Position numbers and translations under genes: made by a program. A stretch of 64,000 nucleotides of DNA from Octopus sinensis (lineage: Eukaryota). The stretch is taken from contig NC_043001.1 in the NCBI RefSeq assembly GCF_006345805.1, forward strand, positions 29,636,001 to 29,700,000. Reading direction: 5' to 3'. Below are positions 1 through 64,000 of this stretch, piece by piece; positions within the stretch are counted from its first letter, which is position 1, and each line of letters begins with the position of its first letter. The notes below the pieces were generated by a model that had not been told where the DNA came from, did no database searches, and saw only the letters and a program-made list of their open reading frames with translations.

Positions 1-1006
1 TTGAGATGCTCTGTGTTTCTTTCAATTAATTTTAAATATTACAAAGAATTTAGTAAAATAATCTAGTTATCATTAAGCTAGCGTTAGGAAAATATATTGG
101 GACTAAGATTTAGTGGAAGATTTTAATTCAAAACTTATGAAAACAATACATTTGTACTACAGAGCCAGAAGCGGTTTGAGCCAGGTTGATATTGAAAGGG
201 TTAAGCACAAGTAGTTCAGATTCATTCAGATTTTGCAGGTGTAATCTTGCTTGAAGAAGCATGGAAAACACCAGTGTCAGTCAATTAAACCAACTTCAGT
301 ATGTGCTTAGTATTTCATTTTATTGACCTTTGTAATATGAAAGGCACATTTGCTTACAATTCACCCAATGTTCTTTCAATCAATTTTACTATTCAACTCC
401 TTAGTTTGTTGTAATTAGTAATGATAATGGCAAAACTATTTAACCAAGAAGAGTAAATCATTATCATCATCATCATTATCATCATCATCATTATCATCAT
501 CATCATCATCATCATTTAACATCTGTTGTCTATGCTGGCATGGGTTGGACGGTTTGACTAGGGCTGGCAAGCTGGAAGGCTGTACCAGGCTCTAGTCTGA
601 TTTGGCATGGTTTCTATGGCTGGATTCCCTTCCTAATGGCAACTACTCCAAGACTGTAATAGGTGCTTTTATGCGCCACTGGCACGGGTGCCATATGTGC
701 GACACCAGTATCTGCCAGGACTATGATTTCACATGGCTTGATGGGTCTTTTTCTCAAGCACAGCATAATACCAAAGGTCTCAGTCATTTATCTTTGCCTC
801 TCTGAGACCCAACAAACTTATGTAGTTTACAAACTCATTATACAAGTATTTTTTCAGCTATTTTAAAAATGTATATAAAAAAAAATGTTGAATATTTTAG
901 GATTGCTGATTCTTCTAGTAATTTCTGAAAGATATTTGGTAACATCTCTGTTAAGCTAATATATAATAAATAATTAATTATAGTCATGTATATTCCAATC
1001 ACTTAC

Positions 1007-63617
<62,611 letters not shown>

Positions 63618-63708
63618 CTAAAAATAAAAGTAAACAAATAAAAAATGGGTCAGTTATAGGAAATAATAGTAAACAAGGAATGTGTTAAGATTATCATCTT
63701 AAAATGAA

Positions 63709-64000
63709 TACGAACAGCCATGCTACATGGCAGTGAAACATGGGCCGTGACTGCTGAGGACATGCGTAAGCTCACGAGAAATGAAGCTAGTATGCTCCGT
63801 TGGATGTGTAATGTCAGTGTTCATAGTCGACAGAGTGTAAGTACCTTGAGAGAAAAGTTGGACCTAAGAGGCATCAGATGTTGTGTGCAAGAGAGACGAT
63901 TGCGCTGGTATGGTCATGTGGTGAGAATGGATGAAGATAGGTGTGTGAAAAAGTGCCACACCCTGGCAGTTGAGGGGACCTGTGGAAGAGGTAGACCCAG
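63709..64000 (+). mobile_element. RTE LINE fragment, C-terminal region, runs off window
   Basis: open frame AMLHGSETWAVTAEDMRKLTRNEASMLRWMCNVSV..RRLRWYGHVVRMDEDRCVKK..GRGRP; similar to 41340-41630. Confidence 0.85.

Overview
AT-rich, microsatellite-rich animal genomic DNA. The SINE/LINE set and the (TA)n/(CA)n/(CAT)n load suggest an octopus or other coleoid cephalopod (inference). The whole window lies inside one large, multi-exon cadherin gene on the minus strand, with neither start nor end in the window. I traced 24 GT-AG exons (E1-E24, 63617 down to 1007) that splice into an open 1335-aa frame of about 12.5 tandem cadherin (EC) repeats. All 23 introns are phase 0, and exons alternate between a ~60-aa A type and a ~42-aa B type, except one fused A+B exon. 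The inter-domain linkers read x-R-N-x-x-x-P-x-F instead of DxNDN. The introns hold several tRNA-derived SINE families, two ~99% identical CR1-like LINE copies inside TA arrays, decayed RTE/CR1/Penelope-like fragments, two hAT MITEs sharing a target site, and a long fold-back element. The least expected signal is a set of type I hammerhead ribozyme motifs in short elements next to TA/CA microsatellites. Three have complete cores and three are degenerate, all antisense to the host gene. The single sense-strand motif has a scrambled core. Exon, TSD and ribozyme coordinates were counted by hand. Ends of decayed repeats are approximate. No database searches or folding programs were run.
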